From an uncultured Verrucomicrobiae bacterium (GTDB taxonomy: Bacteria > Verrucomicrobiota > Verrucomicrobiia > Limisphaerales > JAFGQR01), in assembly GCA_963788655.1 (NCBI GenBank), contig CAWBHS010000060.1, positions 342,907 to 406,906 of the forward strand: DNA of 64,000 bases, given 5' to 3'. Shown here one piece after another: positions 32,018 to 40,626 of the stretch; within the stretch, counting starts at the first letter, position 1, and the number at the start of each line of letters is the position of its first letter. The position numbers and the translations under genes were made by a program. A model generated the notes under the pieces. It searched no databases, was not told the origin of the DNA, and saw nothing but the letters and a program-made list of their open reading frames with translations.

Positions 32018-32404
32018 TTATACCGGTTGTCGTCGCCGTGCCCGGCACTGCCGCCGCCGAGGGTGCCCACCGCAGCAGCCCGGCAAACAAAAGCGATGAT
32101 CATTCAGTTTGCCCTCGAAGAAGGCCCGCAAGACTTCTTCGACGTTACCGCAGCGTCGGGCCAAGACGGAGATCCCCGAAGCGATCAGCAGCTTTTCCAG
32201 CGACCGCGTTACGGCGCCGCATATCAGGATTTCAATGTCGAATTGCGCCAACTGCTCCACGCGATGTGCTGGCAGGAGTTCGGTGAACCTAACCAGTTGC
32301 CGGTTTAACTCGTGGGTACGGTCGCCGTCCACCAGGAGCACATTTGCCGCGCAGTCAAAGACCGGGGAAATGTGCTGGTTCCAGATGGAAATAGCCAGGC
32401 GCAT
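32018..32404 (-). CDS. NifB/NifX (dinitrogenase FeMo-cofactor-binding-like) protein
   Basis: Motifs ISPVFDCA, LICGAVT and G.VEEVL.AF, with a LPGCC Arg-rich tail. Confidence 0.85.
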   Translation of the reverse strand: MRLAISIWNQHISPVFDCAANVLLVDGDRTHELNRQLVRFTELLPAHRVEQLAQFDIEILICGAVTRSLEKLLIASGISVLARRCGNVEEVLRAFFEGKLNDHRFCLPGCCGGHPRRRQCRARRRQPV

Positions 32405-32409
32405 GGGGA

Positions 32410-32829
32410 TCACAAGCCCTTGAGCAGGCGCCGCAGTTCCCGGGCATGACCGGCTTCGTCGGCGGCCATTTCTTCGAGTTTCATTTTGAGTTCGGGCAGC
32501 TTCAACGTCTCGGCAAGTTGCGCGTGGGCCAGGTAATGTTCAACGTCCTGCTCCTCCATTGCCATGTTCAAGGCCAACATGCCTTCGAGGTCGTCGGGCT
32601 TGTCGAATGGTTTGGGCGTGGTGGTCGGTTCGCCGCCCAGATCAAGAATCACATCGGTGAGGAAGGCAGCGTGCCCCAATTCGTCCTGGGCGTCTTTGCG
32701 CAATAGTCCGCGCACCTCCACGCCGAGCGGCCCGTAGCACTTGCCCGCCTGGTAGGTGTACCGGATGACGGTACCCAATTCGGCGCTGAGATCGTCATTG
32801 AGTCCTTTAATCAAGTCGTTGGTGTTCAT
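32410..32829 (-). CDS. Ferritin-like (bacterioferritin-type) protein
   Basis: Di-iron ExxH motifs DELGHA and DEAGHA, plus LGGEPT. Confidence 0.85.
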   Translation of the reverse strand: MNTNDLIKGLNDDLSAELGTVIRYTYQAGKCYGPLGVEVRGLLRKDAQDELGHAAFLTDVILDLGGEPTTTPKPFDKPDDLEGMLALNMAMEEQDVEHYLAHAQLAETLKLPELKMKLEEMAADEAGHARELRRLLKGL

Positions 32830-32906
32830 GTGAGTTGTCAGTTTTGGTTTCTGTCCTTGCGAGCGGGAGCGGATTCCGCCCACCGGCGCAACTGCCTCCA
32901 ATATCC

Positions 32907-32922
32907 CGCAAGTGGCATGCCA
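32907..32922 (-). promoter_or_regulatory. Sigma54 -24/-12 promoter for the ferritin/NifX genes
   Basis: TGGCATGCCACTTGCG on the minus strand matches TGGCAC-N5-TTGC. Confidence 0.75.
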
Positions 32923-33088
32923 GATCTGCCATTGAGCTTTATCGGTTGAAACGCCAGCCAATGCGCACCGGTGGGCAGACCTTTGGAAGGCGAATGGTCA
33001 TTGGCTTATGGCAAAATGAAACGGCGCGCGAGCCTGACTATCGCGAAATGGAAGAGCAAACCGCCGAATCCCCATCGAACTCAACGTT

Positions 33089-33742
33089 TCAACGCTGGCG
33101 GCGGGCGACGATCAATTCCTGATGGCAGCCGACCCGGTGCCGCAGCTCGAATCCCGAGGCTCGCAAACGAACGCGCCAATGCGCGAAAAGGCTGGGTGGG
33201 TAGGGATGGCGTTTGCCTTCGTTGCGATGGATGGCGTCCATTAACCGGAAGCCACTGGGGGCAAAGTCCGCCAGCACCAGCTTGCCACCGGGCTTCAAGA
33301 CGCGCAGCATTTCAGCGAACACTCGTTCCGGATTATCCAGATGGTGAAACACATTCCATGAAGTCACCGCGTCAAAATGCGCCGCGGGCCAAGGCAGGAA
33401 TCGCGCGTCCTGAATTCGAAATTCAAGGCGGTCCGCCACCCCGGCATAATCCGCTTCCAACCGGGCACAGCGTTGCTCCGCCGGATTGACATCGATCGTG
33501 GTCACCCGGGAAACATGCCGGGCCAGCGGTATCACAAAACGTCCTTTGCCGGTGCCCACGTCGAGCACGTGTCCCGGCAATGGCAGCGCATTTGCCAACA
33601 CAAAATTCACCCCGGCCTCCGGATCGTATCCGAAACGTCGGTGCTGCGCGTTACGGTCGGTCAATTGCCGATGGTTCTCCAGCATTTCGGCTTGGCTGGA
33701 TTGCGAGATCAATTTTGGTTTCGGATTCGTCTTCATTTTCAT
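33089..33742 (-). CDS. Class I SAM-dependent methyltransferase
   Basis: Motifs VLDVGTGKG, FDAV..NVFHH and RVLKPGG. Confidence 0.88.
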   Translation of the reverse strand: MKMKTNPKPKLISQSSQAEMLENHRQLTDRNAQHRRFGYDPEAGVNFVLANALPLPGHVLDVGTGKGRFVIPLARHVSRVTTIDVNPAEQRCARLEADYAGVADRLEFRIQDARFLPWPAAHFDAVTSWNVFHHLDNPERVFAEMLRVLKPGGKLVLADFAPSGFRLMDAIHRNEGKRHPYPPSLFAHWRVRLRASGFELRHRVGCHQELIVARRQR

Positions 33743-33870
33743 CAGGTTCAATAAATACGATGGCCAATCGCGTTGGCTTGAGTCTCTCACTTTCGGGACG
33801 CGGCTGTAGTGACGAATGGAGGTGCTGCGGCTGGCCGGCGATTCAACCGCGCTCCGGCGAGAAACGAGCG

Positions 33871-34093
33871 TTAGAGTTCGGACGGGGCGCGCGGCGCGGA
33901 GAACGGTTCGTTGTGATTTGCGTCCATACACTCGCGCATACGCACGGCAGAATGGGCAAGCGTTGCTCTCGACACGATTCACCAGCCAATAGGCGAGTCC
34001 CGCTTGCCGTTTTCGAGCGTGCCGGCAAACGGGACAATTCCGACAAACACTGGCCAGGGCCAGGTCCGATTTGGAAGGAGGATTGGTTTTCAC
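33871..34093 (-). CDS. Small Cys-rich protein (separate gene; the ORF track fuses it to the MTase through a +1 indel)
   Basis: CRNCPVCRHARK..CPFCRAYARVYGRKS. Removing one A gives HEPFSAPRAPSEL followed by a stop at 33871. Confidence 0.65.
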
Positions 34094-34105
34094 CGTTCGT
34101 GACTT

Positions 34106-35407
34106 TCAAGGGAGCGTTTTCAATTTGCGGAACAACGTACTGGCGCTGATGCCCAATTCACGAGCGGCCCGCGTGCGATTGCCATCGTGACGGCGCAAGG
34201 CGTCGGTAAGCAACAGCTTTTCCATCGCCTGTAAGGTCATGCCCGGCCGCCAGGCCAACCGTGCGGAACCCGGCCCACACAACAAATGCGGCGGCAGGTG
34301 CGAGCGTTCGATCAAGCCGCCCCGGCACAAAACAAAAGCGTGTTCGATGATGTTTTCCAATTCGCGCACGTTGCCGGGATAGTCATGATTCATCAGGCAG
34401 GCCAGCACTTCGTCGGACACGCCGGCAATGTCTTTGCCCTTGAGCCGATTGAACCGCGCGATAAAAAAATCGAGCAACAACGGAATGTCCTCGCGCCGGT
34501 CGCACAACGCGGGCAATTCCAACCGCACGACATGAATCCGGTAAAACAAATCCTCGCGAAACGCGCCCTTCTCGACTTGCTGGCGCAAAGGCTTGTTGGT
34601 CGCCGCGAGGAGACGCACGTCCGTTTTCACCGGTTCAACACTGCCGAGCGGTTCATACACCCGCTCTTGGAGCACGCGCAACAACCGCGACTGCATGGCG
34701 GGCGAAATGTCCGCAATCTCATCTAAAAACAGTGTTCCTCGATGCGCGAGGGCAAAGCGTCCGGGCTTGTCCCGCCGGGCATCCGTAAAGGCGCCGGCTT
34801 TGTAACCAAACAGCTCGGATTCCAACAGCGTGTCGGGTAGCGCCCCGCAGTTCACCGCCACAAACCGTCTTTCCCGCCGGTGCGACAGCGTATGAATGGC
34901 GCGGGCGAACAATTCCTTGCCCGTGCCGCTGGCGCCTTCGATGAGCACCGTCCTGTCACTTTCGGCAATGGGCGGCAGGAGATCAAAGATTGCCCGCATG
35001 CCCGCACTGCGCCCGATGATGTCGGCAAAGGAATCCTGTTGCTGCACCGCTCGCTGTAATTCGTCCACCAACCGCAAATCGCGAAAGCTTTCCACGCCGC
35101 CCAACACCCGTCCGCGCGGACCTTTCAGAACTGCGGTGGAGATGCTGATAGGTATCTTCTGGCCCCGCGCATTAACGATGTACACCACTTGGTTCATGAC
35201 GGGCCGGCCAGTCGCGAGCGTTTGCTTCAACGCGCAGGCATGCTCACAGATGCTGGCGCGAAACACCTCACAACATCGGTGGCCGATCGCTTCCCCGCGC
35301 TGAATGCCGGTGATTTGTTCGGCCGCGCGATTGAAAGCGGTAATGCGCCAGTCGGAGTCCACCGTAAAGACTCCGTCCGGCACATAATCCAGCAGGTTAT
35401 CGAACAT
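34106..35407 (-). CDS. PAS-domain sigma54 enhancer-binding protein (OrpR-like)
   Basis: PAS domain with CCEVFRASICEHAC, then GASGTGKE, GAFTDA, LFLDEI, PGNVRELEN and a Fis HTH. Confidence 0.92.
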   Translation of the reverse strand: MFDNLLDYVPDGVFTVDSDWRITAFNRAAEQITGIQRGEAIGHRCCEVFRASICEHACALKQTLATGRPVMNQVVYIVNARGQKIPISISTAVLKGPRGRVLGGVESFRDLRLVDELQRAVQQQDSFADIIGRSAGMRAIFDLLPPIAESDRTVLIEGASGTGKELFARAIHTLSHRRERRFVAVNCGALPDTLLESELFGYKAGAFTDARRDKPGRFALAHRGTLFLDEIADISPAMQSRLLRVLQERVYEPLGSVEPVKTDVRLLAATNKPLRQQVEKGAFREDLFYRIHVVRLELPALCDRREDIPLLLDFFIARFNRLKGKDIAGVSDEVLACLMNHDYPGNVRELENIIEHAFVLCRGGLIERSHLPPHLLCGPGSARLAWRPGMTLQAMEKLLLTDALRRHDGNRTRAARELGISASTLFRKLKTLP

Positions 35408-35652
35408 AGCTGGCAACCTAGCAAAATCCGATTCGGCGAACCAGCGAGATTCCGGTGCGATTGCCCAGACTCCCGATTCGGTAGCGCAAATTGAAACGGT
35501 TCGCCCGGCCAGCTATCGCAAGATGCCATGGTGAACTGGTTCCGGCATCGTTTCCCAAAAGAGGGCGACAGAGAATTCAGAAACCAATTACCGAGCGCAC
35601 GCCAACACTTCTGCGGCGTGCGACGAGGCTTGAGCCGCAGGCGTTCCGTCAC

Positions 35653-35668
35653 TGGCGTGCGTCTTGCT
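35653..35668 (+). promoter_or_regulatory. Sigma54 -24/-12 promoter
   Basis: TGGCGTGCGTCTTGCT, ~110 bp upstream of the NifX-like gene. Confidence 0.7.
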
Positions 35669-35777
35669 CAAGACCAAGCGTGGTCCATGAAATTAAGCTG
35701 CAACGACTCAAAGCGTGACAGCGTGGAAAGACGTTTTCACTGCGCGCACGTTGGCGGGCAGGGATCAGATTAACACG

Positions 35778-36188
35778 ATGAGAATTTGCATACCAACCAT
35801 TGAAGACAACGGGCTGAACAGCCTTCCCTACGACCATTTTGGTTCGGCCCGATGTTTTATCCTGCACGACACCGAAACCGACAAGACGCAAGTCCTACAA
35901 AACCAAAACGAACATCACGAACACGGCGCATGTCATCCGTTGTCAGCTTTGGAAGGACAACAGGTGGACGCCATTTTGGTGGGGGGAATTGGCGCGCGAG
36001 CTCTTGCCAAGCTGCGCGCCGCGGGCATACGAATCTTCCAGGCCACCGCGGGAACCGTGCGGGAAAATGTCGAAGCCTTCCAACGAGGCCAATTGAATGA
36101 GTTCACCCCTGAAACCGCTTGTCGCGGACATGCGCACGGGCATGGGCATGGGCACGGACATGAGCACGGGCACGAGCAGGGATTTTGA
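35778..36188 (+). CDS. NifB/NifX family protein with His-rich tail
   Basis: Motifs HFGSARCF and GGIGARA; C-terminal HAHGHGHGHGHEHGH. Confidence 0.88.
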   Translation: MRICIPTIEDNGLNSLPYDHFGSARCFILHDTETDKTQVLQNQNEHHEHGACHPLSALEGQQVDAILVGGIGARALAKLRAAGIRIFQATAGTVRENVEAFQRGQLNEFTPETACRGHAHGHGHGHGHEHGHEQGF

Positions 36189-36357
36189 ACCTGGTGTCCG
36201 GCAATCCAAGCAACCATACGAGCAGCCCGCCAGGTTTGGCAGTGCGGCAGCCCAGCCGCAGACCGATTGCTAATGCGTCGCGAACACCGGAATAACGATC
36301 ATAAAATTCTTTGACCTGGCTTTCCAATTGGCGCCAAATCAGAAGGTGAAACTCGAT

Positions 36358-37632
36358 ATGATTACGACCTCTTCCCAAGCTGATCTCCGTCCCGGCTGGC
36401 CCTGGCGCCACCCTGGGGCAACCCTCACCCTGACACTGGCCGCCTTGCTCCTCCTCGCTCCTCCTTCCGCCACTCGTGCGGCAGAAAGCCGCGGACGTTC
36501 CGGGCAACGAACGGAGGCGGTAAAACATTTGTGCGAACGGCTCGGTATTGGCAAAGGCAAGGTCGTCGCCGACATCGGCTGTGGTCGCGGCGGGGACACC
36601 ATGACCTTCGCGGAGATCGTCGGACCACAAGGGACCGTGCTGGCCGAAGAAATCAGCAAGGACAATCTGGAGACGGTGTTGAATGTTTCCCAGGAGCGCC
36701 ATCTCGGCCAGGTGGTGCCGATCCTGGGGCACACTGAAGATCCGCGGCTGCCCAATGGATTGGCCGACTTGGAATACATGCACTTCGTCTTTCATCATTT
36801 CGCCGAACCTCGCCAGATGCTCGAACACCTATGGTACGACCTGAAACCCGGCGGCGCCATGGTGATCATTGACCAGAAGAAAGGTCCGCTGCGCGATTGG
36901 GTCGAAACTGAGGAACGGGAAAGTCATCATCATTGGACCGGTGAGACGACCGTGGTGCGCCTGGCCCGCGAAGCCGGTTTCCGGTTTGACGGCGTGGCGG
37001 AGGACGGGTGGTTTGAAACAGATCCGTTTGTGCTGGTTTTCCGCAAACCCAACGACCTGGCCCAACCGGCCGGCGATCCTGATTTGCCGTTGCCGTTGGA
37101 CGCTGCCGCGTGCGTGGACGCTTTGCCGCTGCCGGCGGTGGACCCGGCGCGCATTGCGTTCATCGGCCTGGATCGTGGCCGGGCTTTGCTGCCGGTTTTG
37201 CAGAACCGCCAAAAGCCTGCGGTCCGGATCACCGAGGTCGTCCTGGAAGAATGGGCGATCACGAAAGAGGAAATCCTCCAAGCCGATGCGGGCGCAGTCC
37301 AGCAAGTGTTGCGCACCGTCAACGGGGATCTGCCCACGCTCACCAACCGGACCTTCAATGCGGTGATCTTTGCCGATGCCTACGATCGGCTCTGGGAACC
37401 AGACAAACTCCTCGCACGGCTGCGTCAGGCACTGGTGCCGGATGGTTTCGTAGCGGTGATTGACCGCACCGGACCAGCGGATGAGTCGCGCCGTTTGGCC
37501 GGACACCATCGGCGGATTTCACCGAAGCAGGTCCGGGACGACATGAAGGAAGCGGGCTTCAAGGAAGTGCAGGAATTGAAACCGCCGGCCAAGGATCGCT
37601 GCTTCCTGATCTTCCGTGACCGTGACACCTGA
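36358..37632 (+). CDS. Probably exported protein with two methyltransferase-like domains
   Basis: Hydrophobic leader; VADIGCGRG..FHHF..LKPGG; a second degenerate MTase-like domain (ALVPDGFVAVID). The start is uncertain. Confidence 0.75.
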   Translation: MITTSSQADLRPGWPWRHPGATLTLTLAALLLLAPPSATRAAESRGRSGQRTEAVKHLCERLGIGKGKVVADIGCGRGGDTMTFAEIVGPQGTVLAEEISKDNLETVLNVSQERHLGQVVPILGHTEDPRLPNGLADLEYMHFVFHHFAEPRQMLEHLWYDLKPGGAMVIIDQKKGPLRDWVETEERESHHHWTGETTVVRLAREAGFRFDGVAEDGWFETDPFVLVFRKPNDLAQPAGDPDLPLPLDAAACVDALPLPAVDPARIAFIGLDRGRALLPVLQNRQKPAVRITEVVLEEWAITKEEILQADAGAVQQVLRTVNGDLPTLTNRTFNAVIFADAYDRLWEPDKLLARLRQALVPDGFVAVIDRTGPADESRRLAGHHRRISPKQVRDDMKEAGFKEVQELKPPAKDRCFLIFRDRDT

Positions 37633-37640
37633 TCTGGTTT

Positions 37641-38099
37641 TTGAACGATTCAATGAGCGCTTTCCTCAACCCAAGCAGCAGTGAACGGCAACTGCAATCC
37701 CTACGATCCGAAGCGCATCCCTTCTGCCTCGTGTGCAGTCAGGCGAATCCGCTGGGATTGGGCTTGGAATTCGATTTGAATGAAGACGGCAGCGTCAGCA
37801 GCACCTTCCATGGGCATAGCGCCCTCGAAGGCTTTTCCGGATTGCTGCACGGTGGCGTCATTGCCTCGTTGCTGGATGGAGCCATGACCAACTGCTTGTT
37901 CGCCCATGGTCACGCAGCAGTCACGGCAGAGTTGAATGTGCGCTATCATCATCCGGTGGTCATTGGTAATCCAATCACGGTGCGGGCCTGGATTCAAAAG
38001 TCGCACGCCCGCCTCCGGCTCCATCTGCTGGAAGCCGAATTGTCGCAGGACGATCAGGTCAAAGCCCAGGCGCGCGCGAAGTTTATGGACCGCTCATGA
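37641..38099 (+). CDS. PaaI family hotdog thioesterase
   Basis: Motifs CLVCSQANPLGL, LHGGVIASLLD and TAELNVRY. Confidence 0.88.
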   Translation: MNDSMSAFLNPSSSERQLQSLRSEAHPFCLVCSQANPLGLGLEFDLNEDGSVSSTFHGHSALEGFSGLLHGGVIASLLDGAMTNCLFAHGHAAVTAELNVRYHHPVVIGNPITVRAWIQKSHARLRLHLLEAELSQDDQVKAQARAKFMDRS

Positions 38100-38165
38100 G
38101 CGCCGCCATTTCGGTAACGGTACTGATCGAGGACACGGCCAATCAACGTGGCCTCCAAGCGGGGC
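38096..38165 (+). pseudogene. Probable 5' stub of an MBL-fold hydrolase gene
   Basis: ATGA-coupled start MSAAISVTVLIEDTANQRGL resembles MBL N-termini, but the expected EHG motif is missing and the frame runs into the antisense strand of the kinase gene. Confidence 0.45.
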
Positions 38166-38209
38166 AGGTGGGAAACCTGATTCACGAAGCGCCGCGTGAA
38201 CTGTCGATC

Positions 38210-40543
38210 TCAACTGAACGGAAGGACGAAGTAGAATTCGCTTCCCTTGCCGGGGTCGCTCTTGAGGTTCATCACGCCTCGGTGCGCGCGAACGAATTCC
38301 CGCGCAATGGATAATCCCAGCCCGGCGCCGCGTTGGGGACTGTCGGGCACGCGAAAGAATTTATCAAAGATCCGCGAGTGATATTCCTGGGGCACGCCCG
38401 GACCCTGATCCACCACGCTGATCCGAATATTGTGCTCATCTTCCAAGCCGGTCCGCACTTTGACCTCCGCTCCCGGCGGAGAATATTTGATCGCATTGGT
38501 CAAGAGATTGGTCAGCACGTGAATCATCCGCTCGCGGTCCACTTTGAGCGGCGGCAACTCTGATTGCATATCCGTGTGAATCTTCACCCCGGCGACTTCG
38601 GCCTGGGCCTGAACTTCTGCCAACGCTGCATGCACCAATTGTTCAACGGGCGTTATTTCCGGAGCGATGCCGACCGCGTCATTCTCAAAACGCGTCAGGT
38701 CGAGCAAGGTATTCAAGGTGCGCAATAATCGCTCCGTTTCATCGCGGGCAATCATCATCATCTCCAGTTGCGAGCTGTTCAGCGAGCCAATCCGTTGTTC
38801 CAGTAATAGCAACAAGGCCGTGCGCAGACTGGTAATCGGCGTTTTGAGCTCATGGCTGACCGTCGAGATCAAGTTGGTCTTCACTTCGTCCAGCAGCCGA
38901 AACTCGGTCACGTCCTGCAATGTTACGACCGCCCCAAAAACCTGTTGCTCCGGCGTACGCATAGCGACAATTCGGCTGAGGTAAAAGCGGTCTTCCTGGC
39001 CGATCTCAAATCGATGCACCGTTTTGAAACCGGTCGGCAGATGATGCTCGCCGGTCTGCAACACCTGGTTCAACTCCCGTTGAATGGGTGCCGGCAAAGT
39101 ATGCTCGAATTCCACGACTCGGGCAAACCGTCGGGCGGCTGGATTTTGGAAATCAATCTGACCGTCGATGCGCGTGACAAAGACCACGTCGGGGATGGCC
39201 TCCAGAATGGAATACAAGGTATCGTTAATCTGCACATGCCGCGCTTCGGCCCGTTTCTGATCCGCGATGTTGGTGCTGGTGCCATACCAACGGACCACGC
39301 GTCCTTGCGCATTGCGCACCGGCACGGCGCGCGATAAAAACCACTGGTAGGCGCCGGTCTTGGCTTCGCGAAACCGACGTTCCATTTGAAAGACGCGGCC
39401 GGACTTGACCGCTTTGCGCCAGCGATTCAGGCACCGGCGATAATCGTCGGGATGCACCACCGCTTTCCAGGCTTTGATGCCCACCTGTCCCGGCGGCAAA
39501 CCCGTGAATTTATACCAGCGTTCATTGAAATAATCGATCTCGCCATCGGGCAGTGCCGTCCAGGCGATCTGGGGCATGGCCTCAGCGAGCCGGCGGTAGC
39601 GGGCTTCGCTTTCCCGTAATGCCGCTTCGGCTTGCTGGCGCCCGGTAATGTCAATGATGGACGCCAGCACGTGAGGACGATTGCCAACCTGCAACGGGTT
39701 CAATCCGATTTCCAACGGCACTTCGACCCCGTCCTTGCGCCGACCAAACAGCTCGCGGCCCGCGCGCATCGGCCGCACAGACGGTTCCTTGAGAAAATCG
39801 GCGCGCAGCCCTGGATATTTGGCGCCGTAGCGCTCCGGCAGGAGCATTTCCACCGGCTGGCCCATCAATTCCTCACGACCGTAACCGAAAAGTTTTTCCA
39901 CCTCCTCATTGACCAAGGTGATCTTTCCGGCATCGTCCACCATCAGCAGGGCGCTGGGCGCCGCGTCCACCACCAGGCGGAACCGCGCTTCACTTTCGCG
40001 TAGTTGCTTCTCCGCGCGGCATCGCACGATAAATTGCCCGATTTGATGACCGATCGTTTCTCCCACGCGCATCAGTTCCGGTTCCGGCTCGCGGATTTCC
40101 CGGCTGAAGAACTCCATCACGCCCAAAACCTGCTCGGCCAATCGAATGGGGAAAGCGACGGCAGCGTGCAATCCAGCCTGGGCCGCTTCCGAACTCCGGA
40201 CAAAGCCGCGATCCAGTGTCACATCCGCAATCCACTCGGGGTGTCCCCTGGCCCAAACGCGTCCGGGCAGGCCGATGCCGGGTTGGAAACGTCGTTCCTG
40301 CGTTGCGATTTCGAATGCCGGCAGCCGGAACTCGGGCGATTGCCAGCTCACCAGCGAATACAACTCGCCGCGTTCCGCATCCACTGCCCAAAGACCTCCG
40401 ATTAGCCAGCCGGTGTGGCGGCAGATGGCTTCCAGGATTTGGGGCGCGGCCTCTCGCAAGGTGGCTGACTCCGCCAACAACCGGCTGACCGCGTAGTGCG
40501 CCTCCCGACGCCGGGACGAATGGGTTGAATGGGACGTATCCAT
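38210..40543 (-). CDS. Cytoplasmic GAF-PAS-PAS-PAS histidine kinase
   Basis: GAF (GLPGRVW), PAS/PAC repeats, H-box SHELKTP, N-box NLLTNAIKY and GAGLGL. No TM segment is seen. Confidence 0.93.
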   Translation of the reverse strand: MDTSHSTHSSRRREAHYAVSRLLAESATLREAAPQILEAICRHTGWLIGGLWAVDAERGELYSLVSWQSPEFRLPAFEIATQERRFQPGIGLPGRVWARGHPEWIADVTLDRGFVRSSEAAQAGLHAAVAFPIRLAEQVLGVMEFFSREIREPEPELMRVGETIGHQIGQFIVRCRAEKQLRESEARFRLVVDAAPSALLMVDDAGKITLVNEEVEKLFGYGREELMGQPVEMLLPERYGAKYPGLRADFLKEPSVRPMRAGRELFGRRKDGVEVPLEIGLNPLQVGNRPHVLASIIDITGRQQAEAALRESEARYRRLAEAMPQIAWTALPDGEIDYFNERWYKFTGLPPGQVGIKAWKAVVHPDDYRRCLNRWRKAVKSGRVFQMERRFREAKTGAYQWFLSRAVPVRNAQGRVVRWYGTSTNIADQKRAEARHVQINDTLYSILEAIPDVVFVTRIDGQIDFQNPAARRFARVVEFEHTLPAPIQRELNQVLQTGEHHLPTGFKTVHRFEIGQEDRFYLSRIVAMRTPEQQVFGAVVTLQDVTEFRLLDEVKTNLISTVSHELKTPITSLRTALLLLLEQRIGSLNSSQLEMMMIARDETERLLRTLNTLLDLTRFENDAVGIAPEITPVEQLVHAALAEVQAQAEVAGVKIHTDMQSELPPLKVDRERMIHVLTNLLTNAIKYSPPGAEVKVRTGLEDEHNIRISVVDQGPGVPQEYHSRIFDKFFRVPDSPQRGAGLGLSIAREFVRAHRGVMNLKSDPGKGSEFYFVLPFS

Positions 40544-40626
40544 AAAATCGTCGGGTTACATACAGGTCTGCCCTCCCATTGCATCTCGCATACCGAGCGG
40601 GAAACGGAGCGATGGCCGGGAGCGGA

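Noticed and set aside
33089..34093. Apparent Cys-rich domain-methyltransferase fusion
   Set aside because: One extra A near 33912 explains the read-through, and the linker looks non-coding.
32018..36188. Nitrogen fixation genes
   Set aside because: Only NifX-like domains are present, with no nifHDK or nifEN. This family is widespread in non-diazotrophs.
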